From: the human T2T-CHM13v2.0 reference genome, Homo sapiens
DNA length: 64,000 bases
Assembly: GCF_009914755.1 (NCBI RefSeq)
Contig: NC_060927.1
Strand: one strand, 5' to 3'
Below the pieces are notes generated by a model. It was not told where the DNA came from, did not search any database, and was given only the letters and a program-made list of their open reading frames with translations. Both the position numbers and the translations under genes were made by a program. Shown piece by piece: positions 37,805 to 54,074 of this stretch. The first letter of the stretch is position 1. Each line of letters begins with the position of its first letter.

Positions 37805-37970
37805 TATTCCTTCATTCATTATTTCTTTTATCTATTCACTCATTCATTGAGGTAACGTGCTTTTACTGAGGGCCGTTTCCTGGGCATTCTCATAGGCAGT
37901 AGAGAGAAATGGTGATGACAGATGCCATGCTCCCTGACCTCAAATAACTTACAATCTGGGAGGGAGGCAG
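37805..37970 (-). mobile_element. L2 3' end
   Basis: ttcattcatt...tttactgag...cctgacctcaaataacttacaatctgggag. Confidence 0.7.
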
Positions 37971-38489
37971 ACTAGGGTCCTCTTGACTTTTAATTCAGTG
38001 CTTGCTCTTTCCTTTTTCTTTTTTTAGAAATCCAAGACATACAACGTTGTAGCTTACTCTTTATTTGCTTATATACTTACTTATTTTTCTGAGGCACTTT
38101 ATGCAAGATCTTATGCAGTGATTCAAGTTCCTGTGTGCTATCTCACTGGCCATAAAGGTGACAGCCAATGTGCGGTATTAGAAGAAGCTACTGGAATTTA
38201 TCATGGAGTCAACATTTCTATTTTTTTTTTTTGCAAATGTTATGAAATCCCTTATAAAAAATGATTAGAGATGAAAACTGCTTCAAGCTCTCCCTGAAAT
38301 CCAACTCAATAATTTTTTTAGGAAACATCTAGTGACCGCTGAACTGTGGAGCAGCTTGCTAAGGAAATGTGTCATAATATGTAGATACTGGGATCCTAAG
38401 GTATAGCTCCACATAGTTTATGTCTGAGAGGAAAATTGGTCTATGTCCCACATGTGGGGCTTTTCAAAAAATCCTTCTCAATAAAGAGA

Positions 38490-38799
38490 TTTTTTTGTTG
38501 TTGTTGTTTTGTTTTGTTTTGTTTTTGAGACGGAGTCTCATTCTGTTACCCAGGCTGGAGTGCAGTGGCCCGATCTCAGCTCTCTGTAACCTCCGCCTCC
38601 CAGGTTCAAGCGATTCTCCTGCCTTAGCCTCCTGAGTAGCTGGGATTACAGGCATGCACCACTGTGCCCAGATAATTTTAGTAGAGACAGGGTTTCACCA
38701 TGTTGGCCAGGCTGGTTTCAAACTCCTGATCTCAGGCAATCTGCCTGCCTCGGCCTCCCAAAGTGCTTGGATTACAGGCATGAGCCACCACTTCCGGCC
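38490..38799 (-). mobile_element. AluS with a shortened linker
   Basis: (TTG)/(TTTTG) tail, antisense dimer, TSD tcaataaaga. Confidence 0.93.
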
Positions 38800-39185
38800 T
38801 CAATAAAGAATTTTAATGACACTAATACATGTTGTGAGGATTTAATTTGAAGTAGATTTATTTGAAATACATATGAAAAGTCTTAAAATGTCCATGCATT
38901 TTGAACAGCAATTTGAGATGAAGGAAATAATCAGATATGCATAAAATGTCTATTAAAATGTTCTATTTTTATAATAGAGAAAAATTGGACATAATATACT
39001 CAGTGAGAAGGGAATGGTTAATTATGAAATCATTGTTTCATAGATAATTGTTATCATTAAACATTATATAGAAGACTTTCAATGATGTGGGCCAATAAAC
39101 ACAATTTATTACTAAATAAATAAAGTATGTAGAGAATTATAAGACTCAAAGCATGTTAAAATATATTTCAACACATCTTAATACA

Positions 39186-39308
39186 GCCGGGCATAGTGGC
39201 TTATGCCTGTAATCCCAGAACTTTGGGAGGCTGAGACAGGAGGATGTCTTGAGCCCAGGAGTTTGAGACTGTAGCCTAAGCAACATGATGAGACCTCACC
39301 TCTCTAAA
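39186..39308 (+). mobile_element. Alu left monomer (FLAM_C-like) with a (TA/TG)n tail to 39402
   Basis: gccgggcatagtggcttatgcctgtaatccc...cttgagcccaggagtttgagac...tctctaaaa; no right arm. Confidence 0.85.
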
Positions 39309-42300
39309 ATATATATATATGTGTGTGTATATATATATGTATATATATGTGTGTGTATATATATATGTATATATATGTGTGTGTGTGTATATATATATAT
39401 ATACAGGAAGAATACATGCAAAAATGTCAAAAATATTAACTCTGGACAATTAGAGATTCTAAAATTTCTTGACTTTGTCATGCTCTCTATAATTGAGGTC
39501 AAGTGTTCTCTTTCCTTCCATTGAAATATTCAACTCCCATCACTCTTTGTGGACTTTGAAGATTTCTAAAATGTAAATGAAAATATTTTAGAGGACTTCA
39601 AATTTTTCCATTCTTTAGAACCCAAATGGCATGATGGCTTTTTTATCTAAATACACTGTAATTCAAATTTTTCCTGCATCCAAATCTACATGGCATGGTG
39701 AATTCTTAATTACTCAATGTGCTGAGCACAGTTATCTCTAAAATATCATTATCTTTAATTACCTAAAAGATTATAAATACATATAAAAATGCTTAAAACA
39801 ATGAATGCCTTACTCTCTTCAGGGTACTCAAATGTCCTGATAGACTCAATGTTTTACTCTTTGACAATATTTCTGCAACACTTGTACTTGTTCAGGATTT
39901 GTGGGAAAATAAAATTATTCTAGGCCCACTAAAGTAGAGTCTTTCCAAACTCTTGATATATTAAGCAGCTATATATAGCTGTACAGATGTTAACCTGGTT
40001 CACCGTTGCATTACACTTTGCATTTTATTTCAGAATTACTAAATTATGGCAGCTTTAAAAATAGTTTTAAACTTTCAAAAATAATTGTGGCTGTGTATTT
40101 AGAATCTCTATAAAGTTATTTTTAGGATTGTAGCTAATCTGCCATAGACTGTTAACATAAAAAATTTATGTTTTATTTCATATCTTCTTCCAAAGCACAT
40201 ACTATAAATATAAATGGGAGTTGTTAGCCTATAAAGGAGGGGAACTCTAACTGAAAGTTAGAGTTTGTATCTTTATCACGTTCACTCATTGTTATTACTG
40301 GATTACTATTTCCTACCTTAATACATAGTTTAGCAAGTTATGAAGAGGATGGGCTGACGTTTGACAAGGATGAAGCCTTCCAGCTACTAAGCACTGTGAG
40401 ATCTGGTCCAGCACAAAGAGAAATGAAAAGAAAACTTCAAATGCCATGTAAGAAGTGAGAGCAGTCCTAAGGGTCAGGAGCTAAACTGACTTGAATAGCT
40501 TTGAAACTAAGTAGAATTTCAGTCCTGGTGGTTGGTGATTAGAAAATGGAGCAGGAAATGCTTCCACAGCTAGTAAAAAAAAGAAAAAAAAAATCCTTAT
40601 CTTACTGTCATTATGAACATAGATATAAAGGTCTGGGTATGAACCAGGATCAAGGTGAAGATGAATGAGGCAGTTCAAATGCCTGTGCCTAGCTTCTCAG
40701 CTTCATTTGACCCTACCACACCTGAGCTCTCGGCAGGTACTCCCCAGGCCTACCCCACTCTGTTTCCCTTCCTCACATCCCTAGCCTCAACACAAACATG
40801 CACACTGTGCACTTTTCATTCCTGGCTCTATAATTTGCTCATTTTGTTCCTCCTTCCCTTCCCCCTCATCACATATAGCCTGGCCTAAATGAGATTTTAT
40901 CTGTTCCTCAATCTTTCCAGACCATCCCCTTTCTTCAAGAGCTAGGTCACATCACATCTCCTCCATGAAGAGATCCTTAGTTCTCATTCATTTCTCCAGT
41001 TTCCAAATCTTTATTTTATGCATTGCTAAATGATATCCAGTTTGCTATCTAATTATACACTGCCTCAAATAACACACACCTTTATTTTCTCTGCAGGTCA
41101 ACGGTGAATATCACTGGCTTCGTGCTCTCTTATATTCTCCATGGGGCCTAGTGTAGGGTGGAAAACATTGAAGGTACATAGGATATCAGATGAGCGATGC
41201 GAATCGTTTAATGATATTATTGCACAAAATAGTTTATACTTTTCAAGCATCTTCACAATATGATGTTCTTCCTTTTCTAGAGAAAATACTGTTACCGGTC
41301 CTAAAAAAATACTTTTGGCAGTGAGAGTGAACCTATCTTTGATTTGCTTTAGTGGTACTTTTCAGCCCTTCTGAATTGACAAGAACAGTTTCAAAAACTC
41401 AAGACTTGGATATTAAGTCACATATAATAGCAGAAAAAGACTGAAGCAGTTTTGAGTTTCAGAATACTAAATGTGAATCTTTCTAAAATGGATCAGAAAA
41501 AAAAATGTGACTTTCAGACCCCCTGACTTCATCCTACCTACAATTGAAGAGCAACGTCACAGTCTTGACATCTGACCTGTTTCCTTGGTGCTTCCACACT
41601 CAGACAGGTGTCTAGGAGAGGCATCAGTAACTAGATTTCTATCTCTACAGACATATTTCACAAAGGCTCTATCTCCTAACTCTGACTTTCAATTTAGCTT
41701 GTTTTATAGGCCTTAAAGGGCTGCTTCTGAAATGATCGTTTTATCTTTTTCTCTGTTAATTTAAATCCTGGAAAAAAATTCAGTCTGACTAGCTTTACAA
41801 AGCCTGCTGAGCTGTTGTGAAGAATAGGGTTCTGCTGACTTAAAAAAAATCTGAGCTCATAATCTTCTTTAGAAATACATAGGAACATCAAGCTGATCTA
41901 CCATGGAATCATGGAGTTTAATGATTCCGGTATTTCTAAATTCAATAAGGAGCCATTTAAGAGACGTGGAACTGGCTTCATCCCACACCTTCATTTCCTC
42001 TGATATTGCCTATGCTCTGTTTCAGAAGGAGCAAAAGAGATGAATAATTACTGGCAGATTAACCTTAGTAATTACTGTTTCTTTGATACCTTTGTTAACC
42101 TTTGAAATCTCTGGGCATTTCCTGAGGGCACAACTCTATACTTGCAAGTATGGAAAAGCCATAGCCGTTTTCTTTGTTGTATGCCGATCTTCTTCGGCCT
42201 TGTAAATTTGCACCAATTAAGAATATTATTTGCAGTCTTATTTTTAATCATGATAACATAATTATAAGAATTTTTATCTAGTATATTAGCGATCCCTGTG

Positions 42301-45300
42301 GAAAACAGAGGCCCAGAGAGGTCCAGAGATACACTGAGGCCTTATCTCAAGTCAGAGGCATCCCTGAAGCAGACTGCGATGGGTTCAGAGTTTGAGGTTC
42401 TCAATGTGCTGCCTACTGTTGCCCTAGATACTTTCAGACGATTTCACATAGAGGTTTGGCTCTTTTAGTTGCATACCAGAATGTCAGCCACATTTTCTAT
42501 ATTTATTTATCCTTCATCCCTGGCCTTATCACCAGAGTTTGTAGACAAAATCTGATACTCCTGTCTCCTACCTTTCCGGATTGTGCCAGGCTGCCCTGTA
42601 TTGTCTGATCCTCAGGCTATCCTGTGATCAGCTTCTAAGATTTTTTCCTTTCTCTGCTCTCTCTGCTTGGCTAAGACATTTCCTCAGGTCTCAAGCTTCT
42701 CTTGGGCTTTTATGCAATGTTGCTTTTCCTCTATTGATGAATTACTGTAAAGCTGCCAACAAAACTCTGCCCCTCCATAAAGAATGCCATCCCCATCTCT
42801 AGACATCTCTGGGATATGACATCTGCTTTTCAATAGTGTATGCCAGGCCCTAGCTAGGTGCCTTGCTGAAGCCAGTGAATTGGTTAAAGACAAGATGTGG
42901 TTCAGTTATTTTCAGATAAAAAATTCTCATTCTGGAAACAGGTTTATTCTGCTGCATTCAACATCAAGTGAGAAAAAGTTACCCTGCTTTCAATAAAGTA
43001 ATGTGGCAATAGCATAGGTGAATTCAATATTTAAGGAACAAACTGCATGCCAAGTCAATTCTTTCTAGGTCGGGTCCAAACAATACTATGGAGTGCCTGG
43101 TAAATGCTGGACACTGTGCTTCCTGCCTGCTTGCACTCACCACTGTCTTATTTTAGACTCCACAAAAACCTTGGAAGCAACAGGATATAACCCAGGTCTC
43201 TTCAACTATAAATCTTTATATGTTCTACCATATATAATAAATTATCTTTGTGCCTCTTTCCAGCTGTAAGCAGGAGTGAGGGGTGGGAGCAGTTTCAGGG
43301 ATCTCAGTAGAGATCATATCCAACACTTAGTTGTGGTTTGGCACAACCTGGTGGCAAGTTTCCTGCTCCCACTCTAATGTCCATAAGAGATTCTAGGCTC
43401 AGTGATTGGCTGAAACTTCTAGACACCTAACAAGCTGGTAGGTATCTCACCAGCTTGACCCAAGGAGGTTGGGCCTGTAGAACTCTGGGGACTCCAGGAC
43501 CCAATTTTTTTCTCCCCACTTACTGAGGAGGGGTTGCGTGACATTTCCTGCTCAGCCTTATCTTGCCATCCATGAACTCCCCGAGCCCCTCAACACCCAC
43601 AACCAGCAAAACAACAACAATAGGTGGAAGACTGGGGCCAATAGTCAATTGTCTTGAATGGAGGTGGGGAAGGGGATAACTGTATTTATAGCAATGTAAT
43701 ATTATGTCTAAGAGTTTAGCTTCACCGATGAAACCCCATGATTACTTATACTTAGTCGAATGTGTTTACATACATTTAGTTGAAGTCTAGCAACATATCT
43801 AAGAACTAGTGAAGAAAGCATACAGTAGTAGCAGTAATAATATATGAAGAGAAAATATTGTATTGAAAAAATTTTTCAAAAGAAAATAACTTGACACTGG
43901 AAAGTGGGGAATAGTCCATAAAAGAAAAAAATCATTGTTATAATGATTACTAAACATAAAAATTAACCAAGTGTACATGTGAAAGCCACCATACACAAAC
44001 TGAATAAAAAGGTATGAGTCTTTGCTTCTTGTGCACTTGTGATTTTTCAGGGGGGTGGGGATATAACCCAGATGAGACAAGCATGGGTAACAAGCAGGTA
44101 AATCACATCTCCTAAAACTGAAGACCTGGAACAAATGAAATACTGAAGCAGACAGTATATTACCCTACACTGGATTTCTGCTCATGAGCTTATGAAGGCT
44201 CTGGATTCCTGCTTATGAGCTACCTAATGAACTCTGGAAATTTACGCAAGTTAATTTCTCTAAACCTCAATTTCCATATCTATATATGGGCCATAATAAT
44301 ATCCATCTCATTGGTTGTTACCAATGATTTAATGAAAGAATGTAAATAAAGAACTCAGTATAGTACCTGACAAATAGTAAATGTAGTTATACAATCAGCT
44401 ATTGTTATTGATCTTAATATAATTAAATCATTCCAAAATAGTGCTTGGAAAATTGGTATTAGTGTCTCCAGAAAGAGCTTAATTGCCTCTGACACAGTCT
44501 ATGTTGCAATATAACTTTGCCTGAACTGGATAGCAAGGAAGAAGCCAGCAAGGAAGGCTCTATTTTCCTCCAGAAGTGGGTATCAAAGACTAAATTTCAT
44601 CCTCTCATTTTTGTAGAGAGGCTTTAGTAAATATAAATGTAAGTCTAGGTAACGCCATAGAGATCCATTTGTTTATGTTGGAAATGTGCATATGTCCTGC
44701 TGCAGACTAGACCACACTCATTTTTACTCTTTAAAAAAATCATTCAAGTCTTGTTAAAATTCTTTCTATTAAACTGCTGACAACTGTACTTCTTGTTAGT
44801 GTGGTTTCCATTTGTACACATTTCCCCCTGTGTCTCTACATTATAAACCTAATAATGTATTATTTTAGAAAGAGTCTAACATGATAATTCTTACACTTTT
44901 TTGGAATCACTGACCCCGGGGGGTCTACTCAGAATATATATATATAAAAGCTATAGTTTAAAGCAATTTATGAATTGAATTAAATCTCTAAGGTTAATGC
45001 CAGCAAGGCATTTGAAGGGAAAGTGCTGCTCATAACTGCTCCATCTAGCATTTCTGTTAATGAAAAGACATTACCTTCTGGTAGTAATGGAGCCACTTAA
45101 TCCTCAATGTAGAACTTGGTAAGAGTGGTACTCAAAACGGTTACCAGTTAGTTCTGCAGGGTCATCAATCAGAATGAATGCCTTGTGATCAAGCAAGTTT
45201 CTAGAGGCCCCCACTTATTCTAGGAGTGGACCCACTTTATTGCTGGGCTGTGGAGCGGGCACTCCTGGCAGAGGTTGTGGTGGTAGTAGGAGGGTCTTTG

Positions 45301-45411
45301 AACAGCAGACTATGGATATATTGTAATATTTTAACAAGCATGACAGCTAAATGTCAGCCTTATGTTTACATATAATAACAAAGAAATAAATTCATGCCGA
45401 AAATCAACTCA

Positions 45412-45712
<301 letters not shown>

Positions 45713-45894
45713 ATCATATATACGTAATCTCTCTCAAATCTGAAAATGTGAGGAAAAAGAATTTCTAATTCTAAAACTTTGGGCACCACCTTCTTAAAAC
45801 ATGGGTGAAAAAGACAAATAATACTTTTATTTTTGCCTTCACTTTTGGTTACCTAATTTAGTTATTTCATCACTCTATAGACTTTCTTTGATCA

Positions 45895-46311
<417 letters not shown>

Positions 46312-46459
46312 TTAAAACAGTAATGATGTTAGGAACAAGAAAGAAATTCTTTTATAAAACAGTGGCATATTAAAGAATTCAGCATCTGGATAAAAAAATT
46401 AAATAAAATTAAAACAATAATAGTAACGATGTTAGGAACAAGAAAGAAGTTATTTTATA

Positions 46460-46690
46460 ATAATGCTAATTTTTGTGTTTTAGACTTTACAGTGTTATTT
46501 TACATATATCAACTCTTTTAATCCATGCAACATCCTGGGATACCAGGGTTATTATTCCTACTTTATACATGAAGATGTTAAAGCTCAGAAAATTAACTCA
46601 AATTAACTCACCAAGGCTATACAGCTAGAAACTGGGAGACAGTATTTATACCCAGGTCTTCTTATTTGAGTTCACTTTCCACTACATTAA
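46460..46690 (-). mobile_element. MIR
   Basis: ttattattcctactttatacatgaagatgttaaagctcag...caaggctatacagctag. Confidence 0.75.
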
Positions 46691-46954
46691 AGCACGCTGG
46701 AATTCCTGGGATTTTTCTTTAGGTGAGAGGTAAATTAGTAATTATAATGTTTGTTCTAGAGAGTAAAAGAATGAAACATATTATCATCTTACCTTATTAC
46801 CTGTTGTATGTATTTGTGACCACTTCTTGAGCTCCATAACAGAATACTCAAGTGCTGAGACTAATAGGGATGTGTGTGACAGAGGTCGCTAGAAACTGTA
46901 TCAGCATGGTCAAGAATTTCACACTTTATTAGCTTATTTTAAGCTTATTTTTAA

Positions 46955-47246
<292 letters not shown>

Positions 47247-50200
47247 CTAAAATTTTTTAAAAAAAGAAAACAACTGCTACTGGATTGTATAACACCATTT
47301 TATATGAGCAGGTTGTGCTAAATTGTCAGAAGATATAAAATTCTTAAAGACTTGCAAATCACAATGTTTTGGAATGGAAAAGAAAGTTAGCTAACAAGAG
47401 GAAAAACACTGCCTGCTCCATGAGTAGGTCTCATCAAATTCTATCAACTTATTTCTAGGCTTAAATCTCATCAGCAAGTCCAGGATGTCTGATATAGAAC
47501 ACCCATTATGTAAGTCACACTGAAACCCTATAGGATTCATGGGATGGAGGGAGGAAATGGACAGTCAAGGAAGAGTGGAGTCAAGAAGTAGATGAAATCC
47601 CCCAAACTCACTGAATGACACTAATCGAAGTAAGGTCCCCTGGCAATCTCCTTTAGTCCCTCACTTTACATAAAGAGTGACTGATGCTCGGAGGACACAA
47701 ATCACTTTCTTAAGGTCACACGGTAGGAGGACTTTTCAGAGAAAATGACAATTTTTAGGAGAAAGACTATGCAAGCAAGTAATATATTTTATGGAAAAAG
47801 AAGAGGGAAGAATAGTGATTGTTCAGCACCTGTGAGAGAAACTCTTATCTTCCTTCTCTACCAAGATGGAGGTTGGTATTGTTTTTACTACTACACAGAT
47901 GAGAAAAAAATGATCTTGGGAGATTTTTTTTAATTGCTCAAGGGCCACTGGACTCTGAAGTGGTAGAATGGGGATCCCAACCTTGGTTCTTCTCTCTCAA
48001 AGTCCTTTGCTCTTTCCACCCTACCACCATATTTAACCTAAAACTCAGGCTTCAGATATCAAATTCATGCATTAATGAGTGTAAAACTAGACACCATAGT
48101 GATTCATTCTAGAACCAGTATATGTATGGAACCAGGGAAATATATAAAATCAGAACACAGATAAAGAGAAAAATTTCAAACCATGAAAAAAATTTGTAAA
48201 GCCTAAACTGCATTGCACATTGTCATACTTTATAGATAGTTAATTCATTCAGAAAACATACATAGTTCTCAGGAAATTAAATTCCTACATTTCGAATTCA
48301 TTTATCCCTATTTTTTTGTGAACATATCAGTAGAACTGCAGATAATCAGAAAGGTTTATGAACACTTGAAGGTTTTTCTTTTTAGCAGGAAAACAATATT
48401 TTTCAGCAGAACAAATAAATGAAATTATGTAGGTAAGTATTTATTCTGAATCAAAAACCCCATAGAAGTCAAGTGCTGCCCAAAAATTATCAACAGAAAT
48501 TATTTCTACATCCATCTTTAAAACGAATGACTTCCTTTTGCTTCAAGGCCAAAGATGGAGGTTTGGATCACAATTACTCATGTTCCACTCCTCTCTGTAC
48601 CACACATCTAGCAGATAATCACATGGACCTTGCCACATTTTCTTGAATTATGGATTTTGTGAAATACAGACTTCTTGGCCTTAGATTTTAAACCTCTCAA
48701 AAGTGGCACCATCAACTTAAGTTTCTGTCCCAATAAAACAAACAAAAAAACAGCTCCAGCCACAGTGATGACCTGATAGCTTGCTGTTCTTGACATAAAC
48801 CTTGTTCTGCTCCCCCTTGCTCACACAGTTCTCTGAATAGTTCTCTCTCTCCCTCTTCCTCCCATGCATATCACTTTCTAACAAAACACCAAACTGTCTG
48901 TCTCCTCAAGGGGCCTTGCCTTCCTCAGTCCAATCAGGTCACCTCTCTTCATTTTCTATTCATATGCTTTGCTATCTCGTATTGGAAACAAGTAGTGTGA
49001 GTCTAAGATAAAGTCAGTGAAGAAGGCGGTATCTATGGAGACCAGGCAAAACCCAGTTCCTTCATAGGCACAGTCGGACCAAAGCAGCAGTGTTGCTCTA
49101 AGAAGTGTCTTCTATCCGTCTTCTACTTGAGTGCTCCTGGGGATTGGAAGTTTCTAATTAGCCCTTTTGATGACCAGTTGGAGCACTCTTACATACATTT
49201 TTTAAAAATAGAGACTCAATTTGTCATCATGAGAGAATCTTTCACTTCTGGACATGCTCGGCTCCCAGTTTTAATGCCTTAAAACAGCTGCCAGTGAAGG
49301 AAAAGAGAAGAAATGAGAAAGGTGCTTATTGTTTTTCCTAAAGGACTAAACCAGAAAGTAGCTAAGTGGTGGCACTGAGGAAAAAGAGACAGGAAATAAG
49401 CTGGTTGTGGCTTATTTATAATCTGGTTCCAATGGAGTTCAGGCCAAGGCCCATCAAGCCCTTTACCTCAACAAGGCCCTACAGTGGGCTCAGGCTGAAG
49501 TCTTCTTTCTCATGCATCATTTACTCATAAGGCAAAAAGATATTTAGTACCCAACATAAGCAAGGCATTGTGCCAGACACTGAGGTGAGTGACAGGAAAG
49601 GGGATGGTATAGTTGGAAATGCTTACGTGGCAATAGAAAGTCCACCATGTTTAGAATTAAAGGAACTGTAATTATTTTCTGCACAAGCCCTTCACGTTAT
49701 AGATGGAGAATCTGAAGACTTTGGGGAAGGATGGGTGGAAGGGTATGGGTAGAGGGAAAGCTGGGACTAGATTATTCCTACCACAAATAAAATTGGAAGC
49801 TAAGCATTTTTTTTCTTTTTTTGCCACAGTACATAATCTCAGTGGTTTAACCAGAAAAAAAAATTATAAGAAAAACTACTTATAAGTGACTACTCTTGCT
49901 ACTCTGTTTTGCTACAGGCTGTGTAGGCAATACAAATAGGTTAGGCAGGGGGAAAAAAAAATCTCTATTAGGACAAGTAGCCCTGTATACCTGGATACTT
50001 TTACCTAGTTCAAAATTCTAGAATTATAATTGCTCCCCATTCAACTCGGGCCTGATAGAGTAAACAGACATTTTGTCTGAAGTTGTTTTATCAGTATTGT
50101 CTTGTTGATGAAGATTGTACACATTTTACAAAGCTCTGTTGGGATAAACCCTCCTTTTTGGGAGAAGAGATTATGTCTTCGTTATTTGCCCCTGTCTTTG

Positions 50201-50814
50201 CTGGTGTACCCTGTAGCACATTTCAGACTACCTGGTTCTAGGTATTGGAATCCAATCTTATTTGTCTACTGCCACCAGCATCTCTGGCCCTTTCACGGGT
50301 CCTGGTAAAGTGGTATTTGCAAACTGTGTCCTCCTGATCCTAGTCACAGATCCTTCTTTTCTGCTGGTTTTTTCCCCTCCTATCGTTGTTTCTTTCTTAG
50401 GGTTATGGGAAACTTTTAGTTGTTCACCATGCGGGATGCATAGGAATTTGAGAAGCAACACTCTTGTCCATCTTCCCAAGCTCCTCGCCCAGTTGTTGCT
50501 CCTCTACCATCATAATATCATGCAGGATGCAGGATACTTCACAGGGCATAGTTGTCCTTGCAGAAAAAAACAAAACAAAAACAAAACCACTTTCCAGAAT
50601 TCCCTCAAATTTCTCCAAGGGTCTCCATCTTCTCTTTATCTCCAGAGCTTGGTATCAAGCAAAGGGAAGAGGGGTTGAGCATTTCATGGAGACTCAGTAC
50701 ACCTCAGCTCGACTCATAGCTCCTCTAGTGCTATTTCCTGCCCATTAGGCACAAAATTGTCTGCTTTGATGTCACACGTTTCTGACTGACTATGATAAAT
50801 ACATACAGAAGCTG

Positions 50815-51480
50815 ATAATTCCTCACCTGCCTGCCATTACAATAATGGTCTGAGCCACCATCATCCTCCACCTGTACTACTGTGATTGCCTCCTCACTGG
50901 TCCATCTGCTTCCTCTTTTGATTCTCTAGAACCTATATTCAGAACAGCAGCCATGTGATCCCTTTAAAATGCAAGTAACGTAGCATCATTCTTCTGTTCC
51001 GCAAAATCCTTCATTGGTTTCCCCTTCATTCTTAATAAAATCCAAAGCTCTGATATTGACCCAGGAAGCCCTATATTATCTGCCCTTCCTGCCTCCTCTC
51101 TAACACTCTGCTCTTTTGCCTCAGGCCTCTGCACAAGCTGTCCCCATTGCTTAGACTCCAGATATCTTTTTCCTGACTGCCTTCAGGTCTGGTCAACTGC
51201 CATGCACCTGCGTGACCCTCTTCCCTCATGATCATACGTAGAATAGCAACCCTATGCCCTCTGTGACCCTCTTCTCCTTCTCTCTGCCTCTTCTTCCCCA
51301 CAGCACTTATTATCACCTGACATACTGTTTGTTTATTTGCTGATATATGCTCATTTCCACCCATTGGAACATAAACTCCATGAGAACACATTATTTTGTT
51401 TGCTACTGAATACCCAGTGCCTGGCACTTTACAGATACTCAATAAATGTTTGTAGGATGAGTGAATGAATGAATGAACAA
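50815..51480 (+). mobile_element. L2 (L2a-like) 3' portion
   Basis: gccaccatcatcctccacctg...cagcagccatgtgatccc...cccagtgcctggcac...ctcaataaatgtttg...(gaat)n terminus. Confidence 0.88.
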
Positions 51481-52407
51481 ACTCTAAATTGGGAGTTCAC
51501 CAAACTTTGAATCTTTATTAGCAAAGTCAATCTTTGGAACTAAACAAACAAACGAACCGAAAAACAATCTCACAAGAAGCCTGCATTGGGTTTCAAAATT
51601 ATTTTTTCTGCGGTGCACTTTTAAAAGTTCATTTTTCAATTCAAAGCTAGGCATTGATTTCTTTGTTCTGGGTTGCTTCTGCCCTCCCTCTGAGGCTTGA
51701 AAGATACTGGCTCAAACGGTAGAAGGCTCTGGAACAAAGGAAAAACCAGGAAAAAAAATTCCTCTTTTTATAAAAATCCTCAAATTGCATTACTCTGCCT
51801 GAGAATATTGTAATAAGGATTTAAATGGTTTTGGTCTTACTTTGTCTAGACACTTTCATTCTTAGTCTTGCCTTGAATTGCTTAAATATTAAGAGGGTAA
51901 GCAGCTTGTCGGTTAGAGTAAAGTTATGCAAAAAGAGCAAATCTGCTAAAATTTTCCGAAGAACGTAGTGGAGCTGGGGCTTGAAATGTCTGGTAAGGAC
52001 ATTTGAACAGGAGACTGCCTATTTTCAAAAGTTGGATAACAGGCTTTGATAGTGAAACACGGGGTGCATAACTGGACACAATGGATAAAATGAATAGAAT
52101 GAGTGTCATCACATGATGAATGGGCTAGTTTTAGAGTCCACACATTCACTCAATAATGGTTTTACCTGGTTTGCAAGGTGGCAATCCACAGTTGCCAGTC
52201 CTCAAGCACACTTTATTTAGCCTATATTTGTTAAAGAAAAAATTTCACATATAAATCTTGATCTCCATTTTCCTTTAAAAGTAGAAGGTCTGCCACACTT
52301 GCTTGTTAAGAAAAAATCACCCAGGCCTTGGAAATAAGACAAAAATGAGACAAAGGGACTACAGCATGCTCATTCAATCATAATAGAATATTGTCTAAAA
52401 AATCTGC

Positions 52408-52782
52408 TGCTATGGTTTGGATATGTCCCCCAAGTTTCATGTGTTGGAAACGTAATCCCCAAATTCATACGTTGATGGCTTTTGGAGATGAGGCCTTTGT
52501 GAGATAATTAGGACCAGATAAGGTCTGATCCTAAACAGAGTTGGGCCCCCATGATGGGATTGGTGGTTTTATAAGAAGAGCAAGAGAGTCCTGAGCTGAC
52601 ATGCTCTCGTCCTTTCACCATGTGATATTTTCTGCCATGTTATGATGCCGTAAGAAGGTTCTCACCAGACGCAACCCCTCAGTCTTAGACTTCCCAGTCT
52701 CCAGAACTGTAAGAAATAAATTTGTTTATAAATTGCCGAATCTGTGATATTCTGTTACAGCAATAGAAAATGGACTAAGATA
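52408..52782 (+). mobile_element. MST-family (MaLR) solo LTR
   Basis: tgctatggtttggatatgtccccc...gacttcccagtctccagaactgtaagaaataaat...tggactaagata; 5-bp TSD [t/c]ctgc. Confidence 0.92.
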
Positions 52783-53397
52783 CCTGCCTAAGACTCATAC
52801 AATTGTCTAGGCCCTAGACTCTAGTGATGCAATATTGTTACATTTACTGTGTACTACTGATTAGAGTTAAAAGTCTATAAAGTTAGATGCCAACTTGTAG
52901 AAGATTGAGTGATTGTAAATTATTTTTGTACAATAGAATAAATAACTCCATAGGTAACAGTTTTGTTTCCTTGTAGGGTATTAACCAATTTTTTAACTAA
53001 CTTTATTTTCTCTCAGTATTCTTATTTCTGTTGACTGTATAAATATTCCAGCCTCTCATTTTCTCCTTTGAGCCAGCTGTCATCTTACTAAATTCTTATT
53101 ATGAGTTAAATTAATCTTTGACACGTTCACTGTATATTTGTGAGACAGTCATGCTTTCTTTCATCTTTTGGAAAATTATATTTGGACCTGCTTCACATTC
53201 CTAAATGGGAACCAATGTCTAGAATAATCACTAGCTGCTCCCATTAAGCAAGGGCAGCTCTCCAATTCAACACAGTTTCCTCCTCCCACTCCTGATAATC
53301 TTATTTCCAGTCCTTTCCCTCATTCATGTGTCCTTCTTGGCCTCGGTGAGCCTTTGAGTTCTTAACGTCTGACTTATACCTTGAGGTTTTAGTAGAG

Positions 53398-53585
53398 CAG
53401 TGGTTCTTACTCTTGAACATGTATGAAAATCTCCAGGAGGGCTTATTAAAACACAGATTGCTGGGCTACACCCCAGAGTATCTGACTCAGTAGGCCTGGG
53501 GTGAGACTCAAGAATTCGCATTTCTAACAATTTCTCAGATGATGCTGATGTTGCTAGTGCAGGGACCACACTTGGAAAATCATTG
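53398..53585. mobile_element. MER5A (hAT-Charlie)
   Basis: cagtggttct...ttaaaacacagattgctggg...ccccagag...tcagtagg...gcatttctaacaa...gggaccacactt. Confidence 0.88.
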
Positions 53586-53709
53586 TTGTAGTAAGTGGTA
53601 GGCTTTGAACTTGGTCTTGGTAGATTAGAAGGCATTTTTCACTGTAACAATTTGACAAGTTGAATGCAAGACATAGTAAAGTAAGACTTATTTTTAAAAA
53701 ACTTTGAAA

Positions 53710-54074
<365 letters not shown>

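Noticed and set aside
40228-40266. TATA-like ctataaagg followed by a 10-bp stem (aactctaact-gaa-agttagagtt)
   Set aside because: Short motifs expected by chance in 64 kb of AT-rich DNA; no other support
47822-47842. REST/NRSE left half ttcagcacc
   Set aside because: Right half (ggacag...cc) is poorly matched
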